DNA of 64,000 nt from an uncultured Candidatus Saccharibacteria bacterium (GCA_964538815.1 CAZIHL010000001.1:79034-143033); one strand, 5' to 3'. Shown: positions 1 through 11,434, counted from the stretch's first letter. Notes: generated by a model not told the origin, from the sequence alone. Numbers and translations are program-made.

Positions 1-89
1 AGCATTGGTAGAGGTGTATAAAAAATTAATGAGAGCAGTTTAAACTTATGTGTTTACAACAATATATTGATTTTGTATATTGTAAATAA

Positions 90-1163
90 ATGAAAAAAAA
101 TAATTTAAGAAAACAAAAGAAAAAAGTATTTGTCGGAATGAGTGGTGGTGTAGACTCGTCTGTTTCAGCATTGCTTTTAAAAAAGAAAGGTTACGATGTA
201 ACTGGAGTATTTATAAAAGTATGGCAGCCAGATTTTATCGAATGTACTTGGAGAGAAGATAGAAGAGACGCAATGAGAGTTTGTGCTGAGCTTGATATAC
301 CTTTTATTACACTTGATCTTGAAAAGGAATATAAAGAAGGCGTGATTGATTATATGATAAAAGAATATAAAGCAGGGAGAACTCCAAATCCAGATGTATT
401 TTGTAATAAAGAAGTAAAATTTGGAGCATTTTTAGACTGGGCTATCAAAAATGGAGCTGATTTTGTAGCGACAGGACATTATGCTCAAAATAAAATAATA
501 AATAAAGATAATTTTTTAGTAAAAGGAAAAGATTCTTCAAAAGATCAAAGTTATTTTTTATGGACTTTAAATAAAAAACAACTGGAAAAAATAATTTTTC
601 CAGTTGGGAATTTATTAAAGAAAGATATTAGAAAAATAGCAGAAGAAAATAATTTGGCAACAGCAAAGAAAAAAGACTCGCAAGGGCTTTGTTTTATTGG
701 AAAAATAGATGTAAAAGATTTCTTAAAAGAGTATATTAAAAATAAAAAAGGAAAAATAATTGATACAAAATCTAATAAAAAAATAGGTGAGCATAATGGA
801 GTTTTCTTTTATACAATAGGAGAGAAGTTAGATGGAGAATATATTTTAAATAAAGATATTAAAAAAAATATTTTATATGTTGGAAAGAATATAGAAGGTA
901 AAAATATTGAAAATAAAATTTTCTTACAAGAAATAAACTTTACAGAGAATTTAAAAATGGGGGAAACATATGAAGTACAAGAAAGATATCACGCTAAAGA
1001 AGTTAAAATTAAAATAGGTAAATTAAAAGAAAATAAATCTAAAAAAGAATTATTTATCGAATATAATATGGTAAATAAGGAGGATAATTTTGTTTATACC
1101 TCCGGACAATCATTAGTTTTTTATAAAAAAGATAAGCTTTTAGGTGGGGGGATAATGAAATAA
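90..1163 (+). CDS. mnmA: tRNA 2-thiouridine(34) synthase MnmA
   Basis: MSGGVDSSV PP-loop, GRTPNPDVFCN, ATGHYA, KDQSYFL and DSQGLCFIG motifs. Confidence 0.97.
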   Translation: MKKNNLRKQKKKVFVGMSGGVDSSVSALLLKKKGYDVTGVFIKVWQPDFIECTWREDRRDAMRVCAELDIPFITLDLEKEYKEGVIDYMIKEYKAGRTPNPDVFCNKEVKFGAFLDWAIKNGADFVATGHYAQNKIINKDNFLVKGKDSSKDQSYFLWTLNKKQLEKIIFPVGNLLKKDIRKIAEENNLATAKKKDSQGLCFIGKIDVKDFLKEYIKNKKGKIIDTKSNKKIGEHNGVFFYTIGEKLDGEYILNKDIKKNILYVGKNIEGKNIENKIFLQEINFTENLKMGETYEVQERYHAKEVKIKIGKLKENKSKKELFIEYNMVNKEDNFVYTSGQSLVFYKKDKLLGGGIMK

Positions 1164-1258
1164 TTAATCATTTTTAATGGTATAATAATTATATTACTAG
1201 CTATTATTTTTATTAGTATTTTAATGTTAGTAATTAAATTAATTTAATTAATAATTTT

Positions 1259-1942
1259 ATGAAATCATATTTAGCAGAACTAATAGGGACAGCTTTATTA
1301 GTATTAATTGGTTGTAGTGTAGCTATTTTTACAGGCGGTAATATTTTAGTAGTAGCTTTAGCTTTTGGAGTAGCTTTAACAATAGTGGCTTATTTAATAG
1401 ATGGTATATCTGGAGCGCATGTAAATCCAGCAGTAACTATAGCTTTAGCTTTATCGGGTAAATTTCCTTGGAATAAAGTTTTAGGATATATTGTTGCACA
1501 AATCGTAGGAGCAATAGTAGGGTCTGTAATTTTATATGCTATTGTCTCAAATATTGCAAACAGTATATTAATTATAAATGCAGGTTTTGCTACTAATGCA
1601 TTAAATACAGGAGTAGGCGTAATGGCTGGAGCACTTGTTGAAATATTTATGACAATGGTATTATGTTTAATTGTTTTAGATACAACAAGATCAAATTGGT
1701 TAAACAATAAAGCTTTAGTACCTTTAGCTGTTGGAGCGGGATTATTTATTGCTAATTTGGTAGCTATACCTTTAACTGGTGCTTCTATAAATCCAGCGAG
1801 AAGTATTGGTCCGGCACTTATATCTGGCCAACATTTAGATTCTCTTGGATTATTTATTATAGCTCCTATTTTTGGTGCTATTCTTGCATATTTTATTCAT
1901 AATTTTGTATTTGGAAGAGAATATCATAGACATAATCAATAA
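1259..1942 (+). CDS. aqpZ: aquaporin (MIP family)
   Basis: Two NPA boxes (ISGAHVNPAVT, GASINPARS) and about six hydrophobic helices. Confidence 0.9.
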   Translation: MKSYLAELIGTALLVLIGCSVAIFTGGNILVVALAFGVALTIVAYLIDGISGAHVNPAVTIALALSGKFPWNKVLGYIVAQIVGAIVGSVILYAIVSNIANSILIINAGFATNALNTGVGVMAGALVEIFMTMVLCLIVLDTTRSNWLNNKALVPLAVGAGLFIANLVAIPLTGASINPARSIGPALISGQHLDSLGLFIIAPIFGAILAYFIHNFVFGREYHRHNQ

Positions 1943-2062
1943 AGTTATTTTTTAAGAGGTTTTTTGATAAAACTATTATTTAAAATAATAGTTTTATTTT
2001 TTTAAAAATCATGATATTATCTTTTTGATATCTTTTCTTTTTCAAACCCTAAATTTTATAAA

Positions 2063-2383
2063 ATGGAAAATTATTTTAAAAAAGCGGTAATTATCGGTAA
2101 TGTTTTCGGTATTATTATACCAGTAGTCTTTATCATTATAGGATATTTATTTTGTATTTTAATGGATAAAGATCTTGATGTTTTAATTTTAGTTATATTT
2201 TTATCTACTCTTTATTATTTAGATACTTTATTAAATAATAAAAAAAGAATTAAAAAATGGTGGCTAGATTATAAAGGAGAAAAAGAAATAAATGTATTTT
2301 TAACAAGGATAGAATCTTTTTCTGCAAGTTATTTAAATAAGAAAAGATTTCTTTTAAGAAAAGAAATGTTTGATTCTTTTTAA
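2063..2383 (+). CDS. hypothetical membrane protein
   Basis: 106-aa ORF with two hydrophobic segments, an upstream TG-TATTAT -10 and a downstream hairpin. Confidence 0.55.
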   Translation: MENYFKKAVIIGNVFGIIIPVVFIIIGYLFCILMDKDLDVLILVIFLSTLYYLDTLLNNKKRIKKWWLDYKGEKEINVFLTRIESFSASYLNKKRFLLRKEMFDSF

Positions 2384-2409
2384 TTTAAAAAGAATAAAAA
2401 GTATCATTT

Positions 2410-2438
2410 AATCTCATTTTGCAAAAGTGAGATTTTTT
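2410..2438 (+). terminator. intrinsic terminator
   Basis: AATCTCATTTT/AAAAGTGAGATT stem followed by a T run. Confidence 0.6.
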
Positions 2439-2439
2439 C

Positions 2440-2468
2440 TTGCAAAAATTCATAGCATATGATATATT
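2440..2468 (+). promoter_or_regulatory. sigma70-type promoter of rpoBC
   Basis: TTGCAA-17 nt-TATATT with extended TG. Confidence 0.6.
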
Positions 2469-2654
2469 ATTTGCAATATTGACTAGATGCTTATCTTCTA
2501 TCCCCGACAGGTCTCCGTTTTGTGGGTGACTCAAGTCAATAATAATTTCGAAATTATTATTAGTTTAAATATTTAAAACGCAAAAACCAGTTTTATGGAG
2601 TTTTCTTTTTTGCGGGTTAGTATTTTTGTTTTTAAATTAGAGCTATTATTTTTT

Positions 2655-5600
2655 ATGTCTAAAACAAAAATTATTAATGAAGGTCTTTTCGTGGCCAATT
2701 TACCTAAAAAGACTTTTCAAAATTTTAGAAAGCCTTTTATCGAGTTACCAAATTTAGTAGAAAATCAAATAATTTCTTTTAAAAAACTTTTAGAAGAAGA
2801 TTTAGAATCGATTTTAAAAGAATTAAATCCAATCAAAGATTACACAGAAAAAAAATTTGAATTAGAAATTATATCTTTTGAGCTTGTCGAACCTAAATAT
2901 TCAGAAGAGTATACAAAAGAAAATAAATTGACCTTTGAAGCATCTATCAGAGCTAAAGTTTTGTTACGAAATAAAATTTTAGGTACAGAAAAAGAACAAG
3001 AAATATTTTTAGCGTCATTACCTATGATGACTGTACACGGGACATTCATAATTAATGGTGTGGAGAGAGTAATTATTCCACAACTTGCAAGAAGTGCCGG
3101 GGAGTTTTTTGATTGCGAAGAAATAAATGGAAAGAAATATTTCTCAGCAAAAATTGTACCAAATCGTGGAGCTTGGGTAGAAATTATCACAGACGATGAT
3201 AACGACATGTTTGTAAAAATAGATAAAAAAAGAAAATTTTCTGTAGTTTCATTGCTTAGAGCTATCGGTTTTTCTACAGATAAGGATATAGAAAATGCTT
3301 TTAGTGGTAAAGATTTAGCTAAAGCTTATATTATGAATTTAGTAGCTAAAGATACTATAAAAACAGCAGACGAGGCTTATATAGATGTTTATAAAAAATT
3401 AAGAGACGGAGATCTTGCTACTGTAGAAAATGCTAAATCTTATATATTATCCTTATTTGGAAAAGAGAGATATGATCTATCTCCAATAGGTAGAATGAGA
3501 TTTAATAAAAGATTTAATATCGAAGGGGACGCAAAAGAAATGAAAAGGATGACTCTTTCAAAAGAAGATATAGTTTTAATTATAAATCATTTAATTGAAT
3601 TAAATAATAATCCAGAAGCAGAAGGAGACGATATAGACCATTTAGCTTCAAGAAGAGTTCGTTTTGTAGGTGAAATGTTAGGAATGAAAATCAAAAAAGG
3701 AATGCTTCAAGTAAAAAGATATATTCAAGAAAAAATGTCAGTTATAGATACTGATACTACTTTACCTGTAACTATTATAAATCAAAGATCACTTCAGGCG
3801 AGAATTAAAGAATTCTTTACAGTGAATCAGCTTTCTCAACTTATGAATCAAGAAAATCTTCTTGCTGAAATAGAGAGTTTAAGAACCTTATCAGCTCTTG
3901 GCCCAGGAGGACTTTCAAAAGATAGAGCTGGATTTGAAGTGCGCGATGTACATACTTCACATTATGGTAGAGTTTGTCCTATTCAAACTCCAGATGGAGC
4001 AAATGTAGGTCTTATTTTAAGATTGGCAGCTTACGCTAAAATAAATGAATTTGGAATAATTGAAACTCCTTATGTGAAAGTTAAGAATGGTAAAATTACA
4101 AAAGAGATAGCATATTTAAATGCTTTACAAGAAGAAAATACTGTTATTGCTCACGCTGGAATTAATTATGATGAAACTGGAAATATAAAAGATCAATTTG
4201 TTCAAGCAAGAAAAAAAGGACATCCAGCAATAGTTTCTAAAGATGAAGTCGAATATGTGGATGTGTCTACAAATCAAGCATATTCAATTGCTACAAGTAT
4301 GATTCCATTTTTAGAACACGATGATGCTGCTCGTGCATCAATGGGTTCAAATATGCAAAGACAAACAGTACCACTAATTTTGGGCGAAGCACCATATGTT
4401 TCAACAGGAATGGAGAGTGAAGCAGCAAGACATATTGGAAGACTAGTGCTTGCAGAAGAAGCCGGAGAAGTAAAATATGTTGATGCTAATAAAATTACAG
4501 TATCAGGAAGTAATGGTAAAGATAAAACTTATACTTTAGTAAACTTTTCAAGAACAAATAACTTTACAGTTTTCTATCAAAGACCAATTGTAAATGTTGG
4601 TGATAAAGTTAAAAAAGGTCAAATTATAGCCGATTCTTCATCTACACGAGGAGGACAGATTTCTATAGGGCACAATGTTCGTGTAGCATTTATGAGTTGG
4701 AACGGAGCAAATTATGAAGATGCTATTATTATCTCAGAGAGGTTAGTAAGACAAAAAAAGTTTTCTTCTATTCATGTTGAAGAACTTGTATGTAATGTTC
4801 GTGATACAAAACTTGGAGCAGAAGTTACAACACACGATATTCCAAATGTAGGAGAAGCTAAATTAAAAAATCTTGACGAAGAAGGAATAATCAGAATCGG
4901 TGCAGACGTAAGAGCTGGCGATATTCTTGTTGGAAAGATTACTCCAAAAGGAGAAACTGAACTTACTCCAGAAGAAAGATTGCTAAGAAGTATTTTTGGT
5001 GAAAAAATACGTGATGTAAAAGATACTTCTCTAAGACTTGATAATGGAAAAAGAGGAAGAGTAATTGGTATTAAAGTTTTCTCAAGAGAAAGAGGAGATA
5101 CACTTGAAAGTGGTGTTATTAAAAGAATTCATATTGAAGTAGCACAACTTCGTGATATTTCAGTTGGAGATAAATTAGCCGGAAGACATGGAAACAAAGG
5201 TGTTATCTCAAGAATTCTTCCAATTGAAGAAATGCCATTTACAGCCGATGGAGAACCGATTGATATTATTTTGACTCCACTTGGTATCCCATCAAGAATG
5301 AATATTGGACAGATTTTAGAAATGCATCTCGGTCTTGCAGCACATACACTTGGTTATCAAGCTATGGTACCAGTGTTTGCTGGGTCAACAGATGAAGAAA
5401 TCAGAGACGAACTTGTAAGAGCTGGTTATGATGAATCTGGAACTGTAGACTTATTTGATGGAAGAACAGGAGAAAAATTTGCAGATAAGGTAGCAATCGG
5501 TATTATGTACATGCTAAAGCTTCACCACATGGTTGAAGATAAACTTCATGCTAGAAGTATCGGTCCATACTCCCTTATCACACAACAACCTCTTGGAGGA

Positions 5601-5921
5601 AAATCTCAAAATGGAGGACAAAGATTTGGAGAAATGGAAGTGTGGGCACTAGAAGGTTATGGTGCCTCACATACACTACGTGAAATGCTAACAATTAAGT
5701 CTGACGATATTACTGGTAGAAGTGATGCTTTTAATAGTATTATCAAAAATGAGACTATCAAAGAGCCAAATGTGCCAGCAGCATTGAATGTTCTTTTGAA
5801 TACTTTGAGAGGGCTTGCACTGGATGTGGTTCCACTTGTAAAAGAAGATAAAAAGAAAAAAGGTCGTAAAGAAAATTTACTAGGTGAGGAAAAATTTGTA
5901 GAAATGGAAAAGGAAAACTAA
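2655..5921 (+). CDS. rpoB: RNA polymerase beta subunit
   Basis: GFEVRDVH, GDKLAGRHGNKG and GQRFGEME motifs; start moved to the ATG at 2655. Confidence 0.99.
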   Translation: MSKTKIINEGLFVANLPKKTFQNFRKPFIELPNLVENQIISFKKLLEEDLESILKELNPIKDYTEKKFELEIISFELVEPKYSEEYTKENKLTFEASIRAKVLLRNKILGTEKEQEIFLASLPMMTVHGTFIINGVERVIIPQLARSAGEFFDCEEINGKKYFSAKIVPNRGAWVEIITDDDNDMFVKIDKKRKFSVVSLLRAIGFSTDKDIENAFSGKDLAKAYIMNLVAKDTIKTADEAYIDVYKKLRDGDLATVENAKSYILSLFGKERYDLSPIGRMRFNKRFNIEGDAKEMKRMTLSKEDIVLIINHLIELNNNPEAEGDDIDHLASRRVRFVGEMLGMKIKKGMLQVKRYIQEKMSVIDTDTTLPVTIINQRSLQARIKEFFTVNQLSQLMNQENLLAEIESLRTLSALGPGGLSKDRAGFEVRDVHTSHYGRVCPIQTPDGANVGLILRLAAYAKINEFGIIETPYVKVKNGKITKEIAYLNALQEENTVIAHAGINYDETGNIKDQFVQARKKGHPAIVSKDEVEYVDVSTNQAYSIATSMIPFLEHDDAARASMGSNMQRQTVPLILGEAPYVSTGMESEAARHIGRLVLAEEAGEVKYVDANKITVSGSNGKDKTYTLVNFSRTNNFTVFYQRPIVNVGDKVKKGQIIADSSSTRGGQISIGHNVRVAFMSWNGANYEDAIIISERLVRQKKFSSIHVEELVCNVRDTKLGAEVTTHDIPNVGEAKLKNLDEEGIIRIGADVRAGDILVGKITPKGETELTPEERLLRSIFGEKIRDVKDTSLRLDNGKRGRVIGIKVFSRERGDTLESGVIKRIHIEVAQLRDISVGDKLAGRHGNKGVISRILPIEEMPFTADGEPIDIILTPLGIPSRMNIGQILEMHLGLAAHTLGYQAMVPVFAGSTDEEIRDELVRAGYDESGTVDLFDGRTGEKFADKVAIGIMYMLKLHHMVEDKLHARSIGPYSLITQQPLGGKSQNGGQRFGEMEVWALEGYGASHTLREMLTIKSDDITGRSDAFNSIIKNETIKEPNVPAALNVLLNTLRGLALDVVPLVKEDKKKKGRKENLLGEEKFVEMEKEN

Positions 5922-5960
5922 AACAAATTTATTAATCTAAAAAATAATTAAAATAAAATT

Positions 5961-8900
5961 ATGAAAACAATAGATACAACAAATTTTGAAGCATTGCAAA
6001 TCAAAATTGCCTCACCAGAAGCTATTAGAGCTTGGAGTTATGGTGAAGTTACAAAGCCAGATACTATAAATTATAGAACTGGTAGAAGCGAAAGATCGGG
6101 TCTTTTTGATGAAAAAATATTTGGGCCAGAAAAAGATTATGAGTGTAATTGCGGTAAATATAGAAGGATTAGGTATAAAGATATTATTTGTGAAAAATGT
6201 GGAGTGCAAGTAACAAAATCTATAGTTCGCCGTGAAAGAATGGGACATATTGAATTGACGACTCCTGTAGCACATATTTGGTTTTTAAAAAGCATACCTT
6301 CAAAAATAGCTTTAGTTCTTGGTGAATCAACAGGAGAAGTTGAAAAAGTGGTTTATTTTGCAAATTATATTATTACAAAAGTAAATGAAAGAGAAAAAGA
6401 AGAACTTTTAAAGAATTTAGAAAGTGAATTTAAAGCAAAAATTAAATCTGCCAATGATGAAAAGACAAAAGAAAAATTAAAAGAATTAATGCTTGCAACA
6501 AAAAAAGAAATAATAGATATTCGTGAAAATAAAATATTAGACGAATTAACATATCATAGATATTCTATGAGATATAGCATAGCTTTTGAAGCTGAAATAG
6601 GTCCAGAGGCCATATATAATATTTTCAAAAAAATAAATTTAAATGAATTAGAAGAACAAATATTAAAAAAATTAGAAAAAATTTCTTCTATAGAAAAAGA
6701 AAAACAAGAAAAAAGACTCTCACTTATAAGAGCGTTTAAAAACGCTGGAATTCGACCAGAATGGATGTTCCTTACAGCTCTTCCGGTAACACCTCCAGGA
6801 ATTCGTCCAATGGTTGCTCTTGAAGGAGGAAGATATGCTACAAGTGATGTAAATGATTTATACAGAAGAGTAATTAATAGAAATAATCGTCTCTTAAAAC
6901 TAAAAGAAATTTCTGCACCAGATGTAATCTTGAGAAATGAGAAAAGAATTCTTCAGGAAGCTGTAGATGCTCTTATTGATAACTCAATGAGAAGAGGTCA
7001 AGAAGCTACAACAATTGTAGGACAAAAGAGACAACTTAAATCTCTATCAGATGGTATTAAATCAAAATCAGGTCTATTCCGTCAAAACTTACTAGGTAAG
7101 CGTGTAGACTATTCTGGTCGTTCTGTGATTGTGATTGGTCCGGACCTCGCTCTTGATGAATGTGGACTTCCAAAACATATGGTTCTTGAATTATTCAAGC
7201 CTTTTGTTATTTCAAAATTACTTGAAAGAGAATTCACCTTTAATATTCGTGGAGCAAATAAATTAATCGAAGACGGTATTCCAGAAGTATGGGAAATTCT
7301 TGAAGAAGTGATTGAAGGAAAATATGTTCTTCTAAACCGTGCTCCAACTCTTCATCGACTTGGTATTCAAGCTTTCAAGCCAAAAATGGTTGAAGGAAAT
7401 GCTATTCAACTTCATCCGTTAGTTTGTACCGCTTTCAACGCGGACTTTGACGGAGATCAAATGGCAGTCCATTTACCTCTTGGAGAAGAAGCGCAAAGAG
7501 AAGCTAGAGAGATTATGGCAGCAAATAAAAATCTTTTGAAACCAGGATCAGGAGAATCTATTGTAAACCCTCGTATGGATATGTTACTTGGATGTTTTTG
7601 GCTTACAACAGAAGTGGAAGGAGTTAAAGGGGAGGGAAAATATTTTGGTTCTCCAAATGAGGCTATCACAGCTCATGAATTTGGAATTGTAGATATTCGT
7701 GCAAAAATTAAAGTTGTCCCAACAAATAAAGAAAAATATAAAAAATTCAACGGTCAAAGATTTGAAACTACGGTTGGAAGATTAAGATTTAATTCAATCC
7801 TTCCTGATGATTTTGAATATATCAATGAACAAGTTGGTGGAAATTATATGAATAAGATTATTGATAAAATAATCATGCAATATGGTTTTGAAAGAGCGCC
7901 AGCTATTATTGATAAAATTAAATCCTTTGGATTTAAATATGCAACAATTTCAGGTACAACTTGGAGTATTGATGCAGTGAGAGTTCCAAAAGAGAAAAAA
8001 GAAATTGTAGAAAAAGGAAGAGTAGAAGAAAGAAAAATTAATGAATTCTACGAATCTGGGCTTTTATCAGAAGAAGAAAAATATCAAAAGGTTATAGAAA
8101 ATTGGCTTTCAATTAGAAAAGAAATTGAAAATATTATGCCAACAGAATCAATTGATAAATACGGTTCAGTATATAACTTAGTTACTTCAGGAGCTAGAGG
8201 TTCAATGAAGCAACTTATACAGATTGCAGGCATGAAGGGAATTATTGTTAACTCTTCTGGAAAAAATATTGATTTCCCAGTTATCTCTTCAAACAAAGAA
8301 GGACTTTCTCCAATTGAATACTTCATTACAACTTACGGTGCCCGTAAAGGTACTTCTGACACAGCTCTTAAGACCGCAGAAGCTGGATATTTAACAAGAA
8401 GACTTGTAGACGTGTCACAGGATATTATTATTTATGAAGCTGACTGTGGTACAAAGAATACTAAACTCTTAACAAAAGAAGACGTAATGGGAATTGAAAT
8501 TCCACTCTCAAAGAGTATTCGTGGTAGAGTTCTTGCACAAGATCTACTTGGCAAAGACGGGAATATAATTCTAAAGAAAGGTCATCTAGTTAAAAAAGGA
8601 GACATTAAAGCCATTACTGATAATGGTATAGAAGAAGTATATGTTTACTCACCACTTTCTTGCGAATCATTACATGGAGTATGTCAAAAATGTTATGGTG
8701 CTGACCTTGCAAGAAATGAACTTGTAAAGATTGGTGAAGCGGTTGGTATTGTGGCAGCACAGGCGATTGGAGAGCCTGGAACACAGCTTACAATGCGTAC
8801 ATTCCACTCAGGAGGAGTGGCGGGAGCCGACATTACACAAGGTCTTCCTCGTGTTGCGGAAATCTTTGAAAGACGGGTACCGAAAAATCCTGGTGTTATT

Positions 8901-9590
8901 TCTCTATCAAATGGTGAAGTTGTAGAAGTTATCAGAAACAGAAAAGAAAAGAAAATTGTGGTAATGAGTAATGATGACGGATCATACACACAAGCAAAGA
9001 AAAAAGGAATGAGAATTGAATATGATATGTCATATACAAGACGTCCGATTGTAAAAGTGGGAGATAAAGTAGTCAAAGGCCAAGCTTTAACTGATGGATC
9101 ATTAAATATAGAACAACTTTATGATTTAGCAGGAAGAGAAGCAGCAGAACAATACATTGTAAATGAGCTAAATAAAGTTTATGAACTACAAGGAGCATCA
9201 ATTTCAAGAAAACATATTGAGCTTATCATTAAACAAATGCTTTCTCGTGTAAAAGTGAAAGAAGTGGGTGATACTCACTTTACACAAGGAGATGTTGTAG
9301 AGGTTTCAGACTTTAGAATTGAAAATGATAGAGTAAAAGCAGTAGGAGGAAATATTGCAAAAGGATCAAACCTAATACTTGGAATCTCAGAAGTCGCTCT
9401 TACAACAAATTCATGGCTATCATCAGCATCATTTCAGCATACTACAAAAGTTTTGATTAATGCATCAACAAGAGGACAAATAGATAAGCTGCAAGGACTT
9501 AAGGAAAATGTGATAATTGGTAAACTTATACCAGCAGGAACAGGTGTAGAAGCTAGAAAAGAAAATACTGAAAAAGAATTAGAAGATTAA
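5961..9590 (+). CDS. rpoC: RNA polymerase beta' subunit
   Basis: NADFDGD catalytic motif, N-terminal Zn finger, GEPGTQLTMRTFH. Confidence 0.99.
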   Translation: MKTIDTTNFEALQIKIASPEAIRAWSYGEVTKPDTINYRTGRSERSGLFDEKIFGPEKDYECNCGKYRRIRYKDIICEKCGVQVTKSIVRRERMGHIELTTPVAHIWFLKSIPSKIALVLGESTGEVEKVVYFANYIITKVNEREKEELLKNLESEFKAKIKSANDEKTKEKLKELMLATKKEIIDIRENKILDELTYHRYSMRYSIAFEAEIGPEAIYNIFKKINLNELEEQILKKLEKISSIEKEKQEKRLSLIRAFKNAGIRPEWMFLTALPVTPPGIRPMVALEGGRYATSDVNDLYRRVINRNNRLLKLKEISAPDVILRNEKRILQEAVDALIDNSMRRGQEATTIVGQKRQLKSLSDGIKSKSGLFRQNLLGKRVDYSGRSVIVIGPDLALDECGLPKHMVLELFKPFVISKLLEREFTFNIRGANKLIEDGIPEVWEILEEVIEGKYVLLNRAPTLHRLGIQAFKPKMVEGNAIQLHPLVCTAFNADFDGDQMAVHLPLGEEAQREAREIMAANKNLLKPGSGESIVNPRMDMLLGCFWLTTEVEGVKGEGKYFGSPNEAITAHEFGIVDIRAKIKVVPTNKEKYKKFNGQRFETTVGRLRFNSILPDDFEYINEQVGGNYMNKIIDKIIMQYGFERAPAIIDKIKSFGFKYATISGTTWSIDAVRVPKEKKEIVEKGRVEERKINEFYESGLLSEEEKYQKVIENWLSIRKEIENIMPTESIDKYGSVYNLVTSGARGSMKQLIQIAGMKGIIVNSSGKNIDFPVISSNKEGLSPIEYFITTYGARKGTSDTALKTAEAGYLTRRLVDVSQDIIIYEADCGTKNTKLLTKEDVMGIEIPLSKSIRGRVLAQDLLGKDGNIILKKGHLVKKGDIKAITDNGIEEVYVYSPLSCESLHGVCQKCYGADLARNELVKIGEAVGIVAAQAIGEPGTQLTMRTFHSGGVAGADITQGLPRVAEIFERRVPKNPGVISLSNGEVVEVIRNRKEKKIVVMSNDDGSYTQAKKKGMRIEYDMSYTRRPIVKVGDKVVKGQALTDGSLNIEQLYDLAGREAAEQYIVNELNKVYELQGASISRKHIELIIKQMLSRVKVKEVGDTHFTQGDVVEVSDFRIENDRVKAVGGNIAKGSNLILGISEVALTTNSWLSSASFQHTTKVLINASTRGQIDKLQGLKENVIIGKLIPAGTGVEARKENTEKELED

Positions 9591-9610
9591 AAATAAAATT
9601 ATAAAAAAGA

Positions 9611-9640
9611 AAAATCCCTTTGCGAGAGCGAAGGGATTTT
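9611..9640 (+). terminator. intrinsic terminator after rpoC
   Basis: AAAATCCCTTTGC-GAGA-GCGAAGGGATTTT hairpin. Confidence 0.75.
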
Positions 9641-9697
9641 GTCAAGTATTTTAATTTTTTATAATTTACTCAATTTCTGTTAAAATAAAGATAATTT

Positions 9698-11434
9698 ATG
9701 AATCCGAAAGATCAAATCAAACAAGCCATTTCCATACTTGATGTGGTTTCAACTTATGTTAGGCTTGAAAAATCAGGATCACAATTTAAAGGTCGTTGTC
9801 CATTTCATAATGAAAAGACTCCTAGCTTTTATGTTTCTCTTGAAAGAGGAACTTATCATTGTTTTGGCTGTAGTGAACATGGAGATATTTTTTCTTTTAT
9901 TGAAAAGATGGAAAGTGTACCATTTTATGAAGCTTTAACAATACTCGCAGAAAGGGCGGGGATAAAATTAACTCCATTTAAAAAAGAAGAAAAAGATAAA
10001 GAATCAAATCTTATAAATCTTTTACAAACATCAGTAATACATTATGAAAATAATTTAAGAGATTCTGCAGAAGCTAAAATGTATTTAGGTGAAAGAGGTT
10101 TAACACAGGAAACTATAAAAAAGTTTAATATTGGTTTTGCTGTTGGTGGTGAGGTTGGCTGGAGAAATCTTTTTATAAATTTATCAAAAGACGGTTTTTC
10201 TCCTGAAGAAATGATAGCCGCAGGAGTTGTCGTAAAAAAGGAAGGTGAAGAAAAGTTTTTTGATAGATTTAGGGGTAGGATAATGTTTCCAATTAAAAAT
10301 ACTTTTGGAAATGTTGTAGGATTTTCAGCGAGAATTTTACCAAAATACGACGATGGTAAAATGGGGAAGTATATAAATTCTCCTGAGACAGTAATTTATC
10401 ATAAAAGTAAAGTTTTATTTGGCTATGATGCTGCTAAAAAAAGTATTACAGAAAAAAAGGAAGCAATACTTGTGGAAGGGCAAATGGATCTTATAATGAG
10501 TCATCAAGTAGGAGTAGAAAATGTGATAGCAACTTCTGGGACAGCAGTTACAGAGGAACATATTAAAATTTTAAAAAGATTTGCAGATAGAGTATTACTT
10601 TCTTTTGATCAAGATACTGCTGGGGAAGCGGCTATGAAAAAATGCGCTATGCTCGCTCTTTATGGAGGACTTGATGTTTATATTATTCCAAAAAAGGATG
10701 GTGTAAAAGATACGGCTGACTTAATAAAAGATTTTGGTGGTGAAGAATGGAAAAATTTAATCTCAAAAAGAGTCCATTTAATAGAATATTTACTTTCAAA
10801 TATTTTTAAAAGTATTAGCGATGAAAGAGAAAGAGGTAAAGAAGTACGAGCTCAAATTTTGCCATTTCTAAAAGCCATTGAAAGCGATATAGATAGAGCT
10901 TATTTTATAAAATACATTGCGCAAAAATTAAATATTCAAGAAATAGATATAGTAAACGACATTAAAAAAATAAAAGTAGAAGATAATTTTGTAAAGGAAG
11001 AAAAAATAGAAACAAATAATACTGAAAATATTTCTAAGAAGATTAAATTAATTAAAGAAATATTTGCAATATTAAAATGGAAAAATATTGAAGAAGAAAA
11101 ATTTTTACATAAGTTTTTTGAAGAAGATGTAAATATAAAAGAAAATATATTAGAAGATAAAAAGAATATACCAGAAGAAATAATTGAAAAAGAAATAATA
11201 AAAATAGAAAAAGAATTTTCTAAAAATCCGAATTATAAAGAAAGTGAAAAAAAAATTATAAATGAGTTTCTTTTTGATCTTGTAAAAGCGTACAAGTTGG
11301 AAATGGTAAAAGAGAAAATAAAATTATTAGAGAGTAAGAATGAAGAAAATAAAAGCGAAGAAGACTTGAAAAATATAGTTATTTTGTATAAAAATCTTCA
11401 CAAAATAAAACAAGAAAAGTTTCTAAAAAATTAA
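9698..11434 (+). CDS. dnaG: DNA primase
   Basis: CPFH..CFGC Zn ribbon, KYINSPET, TOPRIM VEGQMD/FDQD. Confidence 0.97.
   Translation: MNPKDQIKQAISILDVVSTYVRLEKSGSQFKGRCPFHNEKTPSFYVSLERGTYHCFGCSEHGDIFSFIEKMESVPFYEALTILAERAGIKLTPFKKEEKDKESNLINLLQTSVIHYENNLRDSAEAKMYLGERGLTQETIKKFNIGFAVGGEVGWRNLFINLSKDGFSPEEMIAAGVVVKKEGEEKFFDRFRGRIMFPIKNTFGNVVGFSARILPKYDDGKMGKYINSPETVIYHKSKVLFGYDAAKKSITEKKEAILVEGQMDLIMSHQVGVENVIATSGTAVTEEHIKILKRFADRVLLSFDQDTAGEAAMKKCAMLALYGGLDVYIIPKKDGVKDTADLIKDFGGEEWKNLISKRVHLIEYLLSNIFKSISDERERGKEVRAQILPFLKAIESDIDRAYFIKYIAQKLNIQEIDIVNDIKKIKVEDNFVKEEKIETNNTENISKKIKLIKEIFAILKWKNIEEEKFLHKFFEEDVNIKENILEDKKNIPEEIIEKEIIKIEKEFSKNPNYKESEKKIINEFLFDLVKAYKLEMVKEKIKLLESKNEENKSEEDLKNIVILYKNLHKIKQEKFLKN

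Noticed and set aside
1-43. 3' end of an upstream gene
   Set aside because: Too short to identify.
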